DNA of 32,000 bases, taken from contig JAGTJX010000004.1 of assembly GCA_023657465.1 (NCBI GenBank), positions 18,053 through 50,052 on the forward strand. The letters run 5' to 3'. The notes below the pieces were generated by a model. It was given only the letters and a program-made list of their open reading frames with translations, did no database searches and was not told the DNA's origin. Position 1 is the stretch's first letter. Each line of letters opens with the position of its first letter. Origin of the DNA: Lysobacteraceae bacterium. GTDB lineage: Bacteria > Bdellovibrionota > UBA1018 > JAGTJX01. The translations under genes and the position numbers were made by a program. Below are positions 8,142 to 16,355 of the stretch, piece after piece.

Positions 8142-9849
8142 AGAGGCTAAGACATTCGGGGTAGGAAGTTGCCTGCAGGATGATGCAAGGGTCTACTATT
8201 CTCATTTGAGCTCAATGGATCATATTGGTCGTGTTTCTGATTTATTTTCTGCACTTCTAAAAAACCACTCTCCGAACCCATTAAAGATTCGCATGTTATC
8301 TCTCCTCATTGGATTCCAAGCTTACTTCGTCAGATCAGCGATTCAGAACGGAAATCAAACCGTTCTCATGGAATGCGGAAACGATTTGAATACTGTAGCT
8401 CTAGGTGTTTCATTTATCTATCCAGGATTCGGAAAGGAAGCACTAGCGGGTTTACCGGATCGTATACGTACAAATACTCCAGGAAGCGCATTTGAGAAGA
8501 TCCTCTTCAATTGCGCAGATATTTCTGATCGTTGTTACTTCAGGATTCAACCTCAGACTCAAAAAATTGAAATTGTGGGTGTGTTTGCGTTCTCTTCAAA
8601 AGACCTGGAAATGAATGTTCCGATCTCACAGAAGTTAAGTTTCATCTTGATTGGTGAAAACGCACCTAAGAAACCAGAAGTCAAAGAGTACAAAGAACTC
8701 GGTGATACTAATTATGCAAAACTACTTGAGCAGAAGATCCCGAATGACCAAATTCTAGCTCCTACAAACGGTGAGTTCATCGCTAAGTCAGTAAAGGTCG
8801 ACGACTTCAAGAAGATCATTGAAGATAGTCAGAAGAAAGACGACTTCAAACAAACGATCACAGACGACACCAATAAAGACGAAAATGATAAGACCTTTAG
8901 CGGTGAAGCTTACAAAAAAAATAACGAGAAATTCGTGTTTAAGGCTACAGCAGCAGACGAAGAAATTTATAAGTCTCTTCCTGAAGCTAAGGAAACAGAT
9001 CAAGAGTTAGAAGAGTCAGCAGCTGGATTAGATGATGTGGTAACTTCAGTTCGCGGTCAAACTCTCGATGGTCTCTCTCGTAGTAGTAATAGCAATAAAG
9101 ACGAGACTAAAAAAGCAGTGGATAGTTTGTTTAAGGATCTCGTCCAAGAAAAGTCAAAACTCGTGGATACAGCGCGAAGAGTGAGCATGCTTCTGAAGAA
9201 AAAGGCTCTCGAGTTTAGAAACAAAGAGCGCACCTGGCAGGAAGAAGCAAGACGTAAAGATGAAGAGATTAAGCAGAAGCAGTCCGCATATACTCATATC
9301 AAAGAAATGCTTTCAAAGGCAAATGCTCAAACTGAGCAGTTGCAAAGACAAGCTCTCGCTACTAACAACGATGTTATTTTTAAAGAAAAATACGACATTG
9401 TCAGAGCAGAATTAGCAGAGCTCAAGCGTGAACACATGCTCGCTACTCGCAAAGTAGCTGAAACCACAAGACAACTCACTGAGGCTCAAACAGCAGTGAA
9501 AGAGAACAGCACTTCTGAGTCACAGACCAAACTTGTGAGTGAACTCAATCAGAAAGTGGCACAGTCCAATCGTCAGCTCGAAGAATACAAACGTGTGAAT
9601 GCTCAGATCATGGGTAAGGTCACTGAACTTGAGAAAAAGCGTGGATCAGGTAATTCACAGCTCGAAGAATTCAAGTCGAAGCTCGCTAAGACCACTCAGC
9701 TCTTCCAAGAGAAGTCGAAAGAATCTGAAAGAAATAGAGTGAAGATCAAAGAACTGCAAGATGAGAAAGACAAGTTGTTTAAGGAGTTAGTAGAAGTCAG
9801 AACGGCATTTAATGCAATTAAGAAACCTACACCGCCTAAGGCTGCGTAA
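8119..9849 (+). CDS. Hypothetical protein with a long C-terminal coiled-coil region
   Basis: 576-aa ORF. The N-terminal part of about 190 aa looks globular. A K/D/E-rich linker follows, then heptad-like K/E/Q-rich sequence over the last 250 aa or so. Confidence 0.65.
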   Translation: MSSQQQPREAKTFGVGSCLQDDARVYYSHLSSMDHIGRVSDLFSALLKNHSPNPLKIRMLSLLIGFQAYFVRSAIQNGNQTVLMECGNDLNTVALGVSFIYPGFGKEALAGLPDRIRTNTPGSAFEKILFNCADISDRCYFRIQPQTQKIEIVGVFAFSSKDLEMNVPISQKLSFILIGENAPKKPEVKEYKELGDTNYAKLLEQKIPNDQILAPTNGEFIAKSVKVDDFKKIIEDSQKKDDFKQTITDDTNKDENDKTFSGEAYKKNNEKFVFKATAADEEIYKSLPEAKETDQELEESAAGLDDVVTSVRGQTLDGLSRSSNSNKDETKKAVDSLFKDLVQEKSKLVDTARRVSMLLKKKALEFRNKERTWQEEARRKDEEIKQKQSAYTHIKEMLSKANAQTEQLQRQALATNNDVIFKEKYDIVRAELAELKREHMLATRKVAETTRQLTEAQTAVKENSTSESQTKLVSELNQKVAQSNRQLEEYKRVNAQIMGKVTELEKKRGSGNSQLEEFKSKLAKTTQLFQEKSKESERNRVKIKELQDEKDKLFKELVEVRTAFNAIKKPTPPKAA

Positions 9850-9850
9850 T

Positions 9851-10103
9851 CGCGCCTTCTGCACAATACTATTTTGATACTTTCTGAACACACCCACAAG
9901 TAGTTTATATCAGCGGATGAGTGCTCCCTCTTTCTTTTTCAATCCGCACTCGAACGGGCTCCTGCCCTTTTATGGGAGCGCATCCAGCTCCATAAAATCT
10001 TGTGCTAATAGAAAAAGAAAGAGGGAGAGGCATGCAAAGCATGAGCTGTCTACTTGTGGGGTGTGTTCAGAAAGTATGAGACTACTGCTTTGCAGAAGGC
10101 GCG
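9851..10103. repeat. Long compound imperfect inverted repeat between convergent genes
   Basis: Outer arms: 9851-9863 pairs with 10091-10103 (13/13) and 9877-9902 pairs with 10051-10077 (26 of 27). Polypyrimidine 9924-9940 pairs with polypurine 10011-10027 (17/17). An inner hairpin spans 9968-9998. Confidence 0.85.
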
Positions 10104-11434
10104 ATAACAGAGTCTTGGGTGGTCCACCACTGTCCGAAATTCTCAATCGTCTGTTCAGACATCTTCTGTCTTAAGTCATCGCGTTTGAGTCCTGTGACAC
10201 CGGTGAAGAGAATCGGATTGAACAATCCAAAGTGAATATTAGAAGGCTGATAGTAATTGGGCTCAGATCCTGTGATGTGAGAGAGAAGTGCACCCAGAGC
10301 AGTGTTGAGTGGAGGAGGAGTGTAGGCTGCTCCCATGACTCTCTGATAAGCGAAGAAAGCTGCAAGAAGTCCACATGCTGATGATTCAACATAGCCTTCA
10401 ACGCCAGTGATCTGACCTGCTAGAAAAATATTAGAACGAGACTTAAGCGACAGATCTGGATTCAAAACCTTGGGTCCACAGACGTAAGTGTTTCTGTGGA
10501 TCGAACCTAAACGTAAGAACTCAACATTCTTAAGAGCGGGTATCATTTTGAATACGCGAGACTGTTCGCTGTACTTCAGTTTGGTTTGGAATCCCACGAT
10601 GTTGTAAGCAGTCTTGGCAATATTCTCAGAGCGGAGCTGCACGCATGCCCAAGGTCTGCGACCTGTCTTGGGATCAGTGAGTCCTACTGGCTTCATAGGT
10701 CCAAAACGTAAGCTTTCACGCCCTCCAGCTGCGATGGCCTCAATAGGTTGGCAACCTTGGAAGAAGTTTTCTTTCTCGAAGTTCTTGGGAGGGACTTTTT
10801 CCGCTGCGATCAGTGCATCGATGAATGCTTCGTATTCTTCCTTGTTCATCGGGCAATTGATGTAGGCACTCTCGCCACCTTTGTCGTAGCGATTGGCCAA
10901 GAATGATTTCTCAGGGTCGATGCTGTCTGCACTCACGATGGGTGCAATAGCATCATAAAAGTAGAGATCTCCTTCCCCTGTAGATTTTGCAATCCAAGAG
11001 GAGAGTGAATCTGAAGTGAGAGGTCCTGTAGCAATAATGGTGGGTGCTCCAAATTCAGGTGCAGAAACTTCTTCATTAACGAATGTAATGTTTGGGTGGT
11101 TTTTTAACTTCTCAGTAATGTATTTAGAAAATTGAACACGATCGACTGTGAGCGCTTCACCACCCGCGACGGCAGAGTCTTCGGCAGACTTCAGAATGAG
11201 AGAGCCCATTCTGATCATTTCGGCTTTTAGCATTCCAGGGGCAGAGGAGGGGGACTTGGACTTCAGGGAGTTGCTACAGACTAACTCTGCGCATTCGCCC
11301 GAATGATGGGCTTCGGTCATCTTGATGGGTCTCATTTCGTGAATCTCGACATGAATTCCATGTTCAGCCAACCAAAAAGCAGCTTCACTACCCGCTAAAC
11401 CGCTTCCTACGATGTGGATGTTTTTTTTGCCCAT
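10082..11434 (-). CDS. trmFO: Methylenetetrahydrofolate--tRNA-(uracil54-C5)-methyltransferase TrmFO
   Basis: N-terminal FAD-binding motif IHIVGSGLAGSEAA. Size is 450 aa. GidA-small-form pattern runs throughout (CSNSLKS, IATGPLTS, FLAGQITGVEGYVES). Confidence 0.9.
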   Translation of the reverse strand: MGKKNIHIVGSGLAGSEAAFWLAEHGIHVEIHEMRPIKMTEAHHSGECAELVCSNSLKSKSPSSAPGMLKAEMIRMGSLILKSAEDSAVAGGEALTVDRVQFSKYITEKLKNHPNITFVNEEVSAPEFGAPTIIATGPLTSDSLSSWIAKSTGEGDLYFYDAIAPIVSADSIDPEKSFLANRYDKGGESAYINCPMNKEEYEAFIDALIAAEKVPPKNFEKENFFQGCQPIEAIAAGGRESLRFGPMKPVGLTDPKTGRRPWACVQLRSENIAKTAYNIVGFQTKLKYSEQSRVFKMIPALKNVEFLRLGSIHRNTYVCGPKVLNPDLSLKSRSNIFLAGQITGVEGYVESSACGLLAAFFAYQRVMGAAYTPPPLNTALGALLSHITGSEPNYYQPSNIHFGLFNPILFTGVTGLKRDDLRQKMSEQTIENFGQWWTTQDSVIAPSAKQ

Positions 11435-11460
11435 GGCGAGCTGTCTAACACGGGCTTATA

Positions 11461-12375
11461 ATGATGTTAAGGATGAAGATTAAAGCAGCAATCACACGCT
11501 TCCTGGCTCATTTGACTGATGGAATTCAGGCATCTCCCCATACGGTCAGGGCTTATGAGGGAGATCTCATGAAGGGGTTACTTCCATGGGCAGAGAAGCA
11601 GGGGTGGTCGACGCTCTCACAGATTGAGAGTGGTCTATCTAAAGTCGAGCTGAGAACTTATATTTCGGAGCTCCTGGTTGATCACGAGAAGACTTCAGTG
11701 GTGAGAAGGCTTTCTTGTTTCAGAGCGTTCTTCCAATATCTCTATTCTCAGGGTCTCATCGATACGGATCTAGCAGTCAAAATTCCACTTCCTAAGATCT
11801 CAAAGCCACTTCCAGTGTTTCTCAAGATTGAAGAATTAGGAATGCTCATTGAATCTGTCCAGGGCGAGGATTTCTTCAAGCTTCGGGACCGAGCACTGAT
11901 CGAACTCATGTATGGTGCAGGGATCAGAGTCAGCGAAGTAGTGACTCTCAAGTGCTCAAATGTAGATCTCTCCCAAGGTTGGGTGAAGGTCATCGGTAAA
12001 GGCTCAAAAGAGCGAATGGTTCCCATTGGAAAAAAAACCGTGCAAGCACTTCAGGAGTACATGAAGTTTTTAAATGAGACTGCTCAAGCGCCAATTTTCG
12101 TAAATACGGGGAACAGACCACTCACGACTCGTGGGGTAAATGATATTCTTAAGCGTAGGCAATCTCAGGCAGGTCTAGAGAGACCGGTCTCTGCTCACGG
12201 GTTGCGTCACAGTTTTGCAACCCATCTCATGGCTGGTGGAGCGGATCTTAGGGTCATTCAAGAGATGTTGGGACACGTCACGCTGAGTACGACTCAGAAG
12301 TATACTCATTTGGATTTGGATCGGTTGTCTGAAGAAGTACTGATGCATCATCCTTTGAACAAAAAGGAAAAATAA
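11461..12375 (+). CDS. xerC: Xer-type tyrosine site-specific recombinase
   Basis: Catalytic signature residues are present: GIRVSE (Arg), HGLRHSFATHL (His-x-x-Arg), LGHVTLSTTQKYTH (His and Tyr). It sits next to trmFO, an arrangement known for xerC/codV. The XerC versus XerD call is uncertain. Confidence 0.8.
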   Translation: MMLRMKIKAAITRFLAHLTDGIQASPHTVRAYEGDLMKGLLPWAEKQGWSTLSQIESGLSKVELRTYISELLVDHEKTSVVRRLSCFRAFFQYLYSQGLIDTDLAVKIPLPKISKPLPVFLKIEELGMLIESVQGEDFFKLRDRALIELMYGAGIRVSEVVTLKCSNVDLSQGWVKVIGKGSKERMVPIGKKTVQALQEYMKFLNETAQAPIFVNTGNRPLTTRGVNDILKRRQSQAGLERPVSAHGLRHSFATHLMAGGADLRVIQEMLGHVTLSTTQKYTHLDLDRLSEEVLMHHPLNKKEK

Positions 12376-12396
12376 GCTACCTTAGCCTCATCTCTC

Positions 12397-13014
12397 ATGG
12401 ATCATCTTGTTGATTTTCTTTTGAATTTTTACGGCCCTACTCCTTACCTGATTATCTTTGGAGTTTTGCTTGCCTGCGGTCTCGGAGTTCCCATTCCAGA
12501 GGACATCACGCTCTTCGCAGCAGGTCTCATGGCTTACTACGGAGTTTCAGATCTCTATCTCATGATTGCCGTGAGCTTAGTGGGAGTGATGATGGGGGAT
12601 TCGATTATTTTTTGGTTGGGTCGTACAATCGGTTCTCAACTCACTAAGAAATGGTTTTTTGCAAAACTGCTTCCTCCTGATAGACTGGATCACGTAGGTA
12701 AGTTATTTCAAACACGCGGTAACAAATTATTATTTGCCGCAAGATTCATGCCGGGACTTCGTGCTCCAGTGTTTTTCTCAGCGGGTGTTCTCAAAGTGCC
12801 ATTCAAAACATTTTTCTTCTATGACGGAAGTGCGGCTCTCATCAGTGTTCCACTCATCATTGGTGCGGTTTATAAATTCGGAGACGAGCTAGACCAAGTC
12901 GTGCGAGTGATCAAGAAAATCGAAGGCGGAATAGTCATCGTCATTGCAGTAGTGATTCTAGGCATTATGGGTAAATGGTATTTCTCTCGCAAAAGAAAAA
13001 TAAAAGAAGCATGA
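12397..13014 (+). CDS. DedA/SNARE-associated family inner-membrane protein
   Basis: Multi-pass membrane protein with DedA-like motifs (GVPIPEDITLFAAG, GDSIIFWLGR, FAARFMPGLRAPVFFSAG). Confidence 0.8.
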   Translation: MDHLVDFLLNFYGPTPYLIIFGVLLACGLGVPIPEDITLFAAGLMAYYGVSDLYLMIAVSLVGVMMGDSIIFWLGRTIGSQLTKKWFFAKLLPPDRLDHVGKLFQTRGNKLLFAARFMPGLRAPVFFSAGVLKVPFKTFFFYDGSAALISVPLIIGAVYKFGDELDQVVRVIKKIEGGIVIVIAVVILGIMGKWYFSRKRKIKEA

Positions 13015-13889
13015 GAATGATTCCATTTATAATTTTAATGCAGTTGTTTTCTCTTCAAGCAAGAGCGACACCAGAAATCGATACGCTTTGCCAGGAAATC
13101 GACTTAGAAGTGAATGCTTTGAAGTGGAAGCTCCCGAGCTGCAATAAACTTGCGGAATGGAAAAGTCTGGGACAATCCGTAAAAGGTCGACCCCTCATTT
13201 ATGCTGAATTCGGAAACCCTGAATCAAAAAATACAACACTGATATTCTCCATGGTTCACGGTGATGAAATCACACCATTATTTATTGGTTTGAAGCTTGC
13301 AGACTGGCTTAAGCAGCAGCCAGTGATGCTCAAGACCCATCGTATTATTGTAGCTCCTCTGGTTAACCCAGATTCCTTCTTCTCTACACCGAGAACACGA
13401 GTGAATGCTCGTGGAGTTGATGTGAATCGGAATCTAGGCACTCTGGATTGGAAGTCCAAAGCGCTCCAGGCTTGGAAAACACAGTTCAAATCAGACAAAC
13501 GTAGATTCCCAGGTAATGAGCCTGACTCTGAGCCTGAAACGATATTTCAAAAAGACTTAATCAAGCTCACCAATCCTTCAAAAATCATGTCCGTTCATTC
13601 ACCTCTCAATCACTTGGATTACGATGGACCAACGACACTCTCTTTGTGGCGTTTTCCAAAAGACTATGTGGAAGAATGCATTAGGCTCAGTCAAAAAGTA
13701 AAAGCAAAATCTACAGGTTATTTTATTGGATCATTAGGTAACTATGCTGGAACAGAAAGAGGTATACCTACTTTCACCATGGAGTTACCTACTGCGAATC
13801 CCAAGAAAGCTTGGGATTATTGGCTTATCTTTAAAGCTGGGATCTATACAGTGATTCAGCATGGAGTTCCTAGAGTTGTCACGCATTAG
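13011..13889 (+). CDS. Secreted M14-family zinc carboxypeptidase-like protein (MpaA-like)
   Basis: I moved the start to ATG 13011, which forms an ATGA overlap with the dedA stop and precedes a signal peptide. Zinc motif HGDE, NPDSF and RGVDVNRN are present, with a later His (MSVHSP). Confidence 0.7.
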   Translation: MRMIPFIILMQLFSLQARATPEIDTLCQEIDLEVNALKWKLPSCNKLAEWKSLGQSVKGRPLIYAEFGNPESKNTTLIFSMVHGDEITPLFIGLKLADWLKQQPVMLKTHRIIVAPLVNPDSFFSTPRTRVNARGVDVNRNLGTLDWKSKALQAWKTQFKSDKRRFPGNEPDSEPETIFQKDLIKLTNPSKIMSVHSPLNHLDYDGPTTLSLWRFPKDYVEECIRLSQKVKAKSTGYFIGSLGNYAGTERGIPTFTMELPTANPKKAWDYWLIFKAGIYTVIQHGVPRVVTH

Positions 13890-14227
13890 CGCATTGAAGG
13901 ATTGAGTCTAGCCCATGCTGCAGAAGCTGGGTTACGGATAGGTGCAATTCTGTACCAATCACCATCCGAGTCGATGATTTGGTAGTCTTCTTTTTTGGCT
14001 AATCTTCCCACAATCGGAAAATAATCTGCAGGTCCTGATCTGAGTTCAAGTGAAGCATTGTCAGTTGAAAGTTTTGCAGAAAGAGGATGGGCGCGAGTGA
14101 TCGTAATGACGGGCTTCTTCTGAAGTTCTGCTAGTTTCTGAGATCCAGATACTGTTAAACCCACTCCAACGATAATGGACATCACTGATGAAAAAATAAA
14201 GGCTTTACTGAGTAAGTTAATTTTCAT
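13886..14227 (-). CDS. Secreted bacterial SH3-domain protein (last gene of the motAB-containing operon)
   Basis: Signal/TM segment at the N-terminus. SH3b-like C-terminus (GRLAKKEDYQIIDSDGDWYRI). GAGGAA SD is present. The start lies 16 nt after the motB stop. Confidence 0.55.
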   Translation of the reverse strand: MKINLLSKAFIFSSVMSIIVGVGLTVSGSQKLAELQKKPVITITRAHPLSAKLSTDNASLELRSGPADYFPIVGRLAKKEDYQIIDSDGDWYRIAPIRNPASAAWARLNPSMR

Positions 14228-14243
14228 CGTTCCTCAGGTTTAA

Positions 14244-15053
14244 TTATCTTACAGTTTCAGGAACTGTTTCAACCGGAACGTTTTGCCTAGAAGGCTCTTT
14301 GAAACCACTAAAAGGTATGGCGTGGATATCAGGGTGGAGTACGCGGACTACGACTCGGCGATTTTTTCCCATCGCTTCTTCACTGAGTTCTCCAGAGGGA
14401 GTGCGATCAGTGAGTTTGGGACGAGTGTCTCCGTACCCTATGGCTAGCATGTGAACAGGTAAAAACTTATTATCAATGAATTGTCTGACGATGCGAGAAG
14501 CCCTTGCTCCGGAGAGCTCCCAGTTTGAAGGGTAGATGCCACCAATAATGGGACGTTGGTCCGTATGGCCTTCAATGACAACGTTGTAATTTAACTTTTT
14601 TCGCTCTTGAGATTTCTTGATGGCGTTAGTAAGTTTTCCTAATACAAGTTTGCCATTGTCGGTAACATCAGCACTTCCAGTAATGAAAAACACTGCTGAT
14701 TCAAAAGTCACACTGACTCCCGTTTCATCGCTTGTGACGATGGACTCTTTATCAAGTCCAGCTTCTTGAATCATGTTTGAAATTTCTTTTTGAATATCTG
14801 CTGAAGGATTTTGATACTCGCCTTTGAAGTGCTTTGAGATTTCTTCTCTGACTTTTTCGAATTTGCCTTTTTCGAGATTTGCGAGACTGAACATCATGAT
14901 GAAGAATCCACAAAGGAGTGTCATCATGTCAGCATAAGAAATCAGCCAGTTGCCTTCACCTTCTTCTACATGTGGAGCGCTTGTATGATGTTCATACCTT
15001 TTGTCCTCATGGATCTCTGTCTGTTTTTTCTTAAATAAACTACGAATCGCCAT
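14244..15053 (-). CDS. motB: MotB-type stator protein with an OmpA-like peptidoglycan-binding domain
   Basis: NWLISYADMMTLLCGFFIMMF TM segment includes the conserved channel Asp. C-terminal OmpA-like motifs are GHTDQRPI, NWELSGARASRIVRQF and NRRVVVRV. Confidence 0.85.
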   Translation of the reverse strand: MAIRSLFKKKQTEIHEDKRYEHHTSAPHVEEGEGNWLISYADMMTLLCGFFIMMFSLANLEKGKFEKVREEISKHFKGEYQNPSADIQKEISNMIQEAGLDKESIVTSDETGVSVTFESAVFFITGSADVTDNGKLVLGKLTNAIKKSQERKKLNYNVVIEGHTDQRPIIGGIYPSNWELSGARASRIVRQFIDNKFLPVHMLAIGYGDTRPKLTDRTPSGELSEEAMGKNRRVVVRVLHPDIHAIPFSGFKEPSRQNVPVETVPETVR

Positions 15054-15057
15054 CGAA

Positions 15058-15843
15058 TTATGCCGCGGCTTTCTTCACAACGCGATCCTTTGGTAGAAGG
15101 AAAGAGTTTAAGCTCTCGCGCATTGCTATGGGGTTTGTGCTTTGTTTAAGAAGTAGAGCGCCTTCGATGATCATTCTTCGAAGCATGATTTCATCTTTGG
15201 TTCTCTCGGCGAGATTCTCTGCAATAGGAATGAAAACCATGTTGGCAAGTGTAATTCCGTAAAGAGTACCTACGAGACCAATTGACATCGCAGGTCCGAT
15301 CATTTTCTCAGCTCCGGGTTGACCTAGCTTTTGAAGAAGTGCAATCATCCCTAGAGTAGTAGCCAGAAGACCGAATGCTGGAGGAAACTTACCGATGACT
15401 CTAAACATGTTGGCTTCGTACATGTAGCGTGCTTCGATTGTTTTTAAGCGAGTCTCAAGCACTTGTCTAATCTCTTTTTCACTGAGTACTCCGTTTGAAA
15501 CGAGTGAAACAGCTTCTTTGAGGAATTCATGTTTGAGAGTAGGAACGACTTCGCTGATTGCAGATAAACCAGCTACAGCTTTTTTGTTGAGTTCTAAGAA
15601 CTGTTCAATGATGTGTTGATGGCTTGCGTGATTGATTCCTAAGACGCGAAGGAAGAAAACTTTTGTAAGAGCAAGAAGCTTAGTTACTGGGAAGCAGATA
15701 CTAGCAGCTGCTAAAGTTCCGCCGATAACGATTACGACTCCGTGGAAGTTTAAGAAGAACGCCATCTCCATTCCTGATTCATGAAGAGAGGCAACTACGA
15801 TCCCTAATCCCAATAGAACTCCAAAAAGTGAGGATAGATTCAA
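15058..15843 (-). CDS. motA: MotA/PomA-type stator channel protein
   Basis: 261 aa with a 2+2 TM topology and a large cytoplasmic loop. MotA/TolQ/ExbB signature region is FPPAFGLLATTLGMI...GPAMSIGLVGTLYGITLANMVFIPIAE. Confidence 0.85.
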   Translation of the reverse strand: MNLSSLFGVLLGLGIVVASLHESGMEMAFFLNFHGVVIVIGGTLAAASICFPVTKLLALTKVFFLRVLGINHASHQHIIEQFLELNKKAVAGLSAISEVVPTLKHEFLKEAVSLVSNGVLSEKEIRQVLETRLKTIEARYMYEANMFRVIGKFPPAFGLLATTLGMIALLQKLGQPGAEKMIGPAMSIGLVGTLYGITLANMVFIPIAENLAERTKDEIMLRRMIIEGALLLKQSTNPIAMRESLNSFLLPKDRVVKKAAA

Positions 15844-15845
15844 GA

Positions 15846-16355
15846 TTATGCAGCCTCCTTACGACGTGCAAGAGCTGTTTTCCACAGCTGGTATTGACTA
15901 ATGACGTATTTTTGATCTGTTTCTCTGAGACGAGCAATCATTGTGTCGATGCATGATTTGTAAAATCGCATTTTTCTAGAATCATCGCTCATGACATAGG
16001 CTTCAAACTTCTCTCTAGAAATCTGAAACACTTGGCAGTCCATGAGCGCTCTTACGGTTGCTGATCTTGGATTGTTATCGATGAGAGAGAGCTCACCAAA
16101 CACTGCGCCGGGCTGCAAGTGACCTAAGTCGTATTGATTGCTTCCCATCGGATTGGCCTTACTCACTCCGACTTGTCCATCAAGAAGTACGAACATACCA
16201 CCTTTGGTATCTCCTTCAATCATGATGTTGGTGTGAGCTTGTACGGCATAAGTTTCTCCAGTAGAAATTAACTCTTGGATCTCTTCATCAGTGAATCCAG
16301 AAAGGAGTTTCACTTCTTTGATCGTTTCTACAGTTGGAGCTTGTATCTCTGTCAT
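15846..16355 (-). CDS. Stand-alone cyclic-nucleotide-binding (CAP effector) domain protein
   Basis: The FGELSLIDNNPRSATVRA phosphate-binding cassette is typical of cNMP-binding domains. Length is 169 aa. It overlaps the upstream gene by 4 bp. Confidence 0.8.
   Translation of the reverse strand: MTEIQAPTVETIKEVKLLSGFTDEEIQELISTGETYAVQAHTNIMIEGDTKGGMFVLLDGQVGVSKANPMGSNQYDLGHLQPGAVFGELSLIDNNPRSATVRALMDCQVFQISREKFEAYVMSDDSRKMRFYKSCIDTMIARLRETDQKYVISQYQLWKTALARRKEAA

Noticed and set aside
9696-10174. ORFs 9696..9899 (-) and 9917..10174 (+)
   Set aside because: They are mirror-image products of the large inverted repeat. Both read CSESI/MR..LLCRRRD because the arms are reverse complements. They also overlap the real gene ends.
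11461-12375. The Xer-type recombinase as the dedicated integrase of the cassette island
   Set aside because: It lies 9 kb away from the island, in a conserved housekeeping context next to trmFO. It has the normal XerC/D length with no obvious extra IntI-type insertion. A role in trans cannot be excluded.
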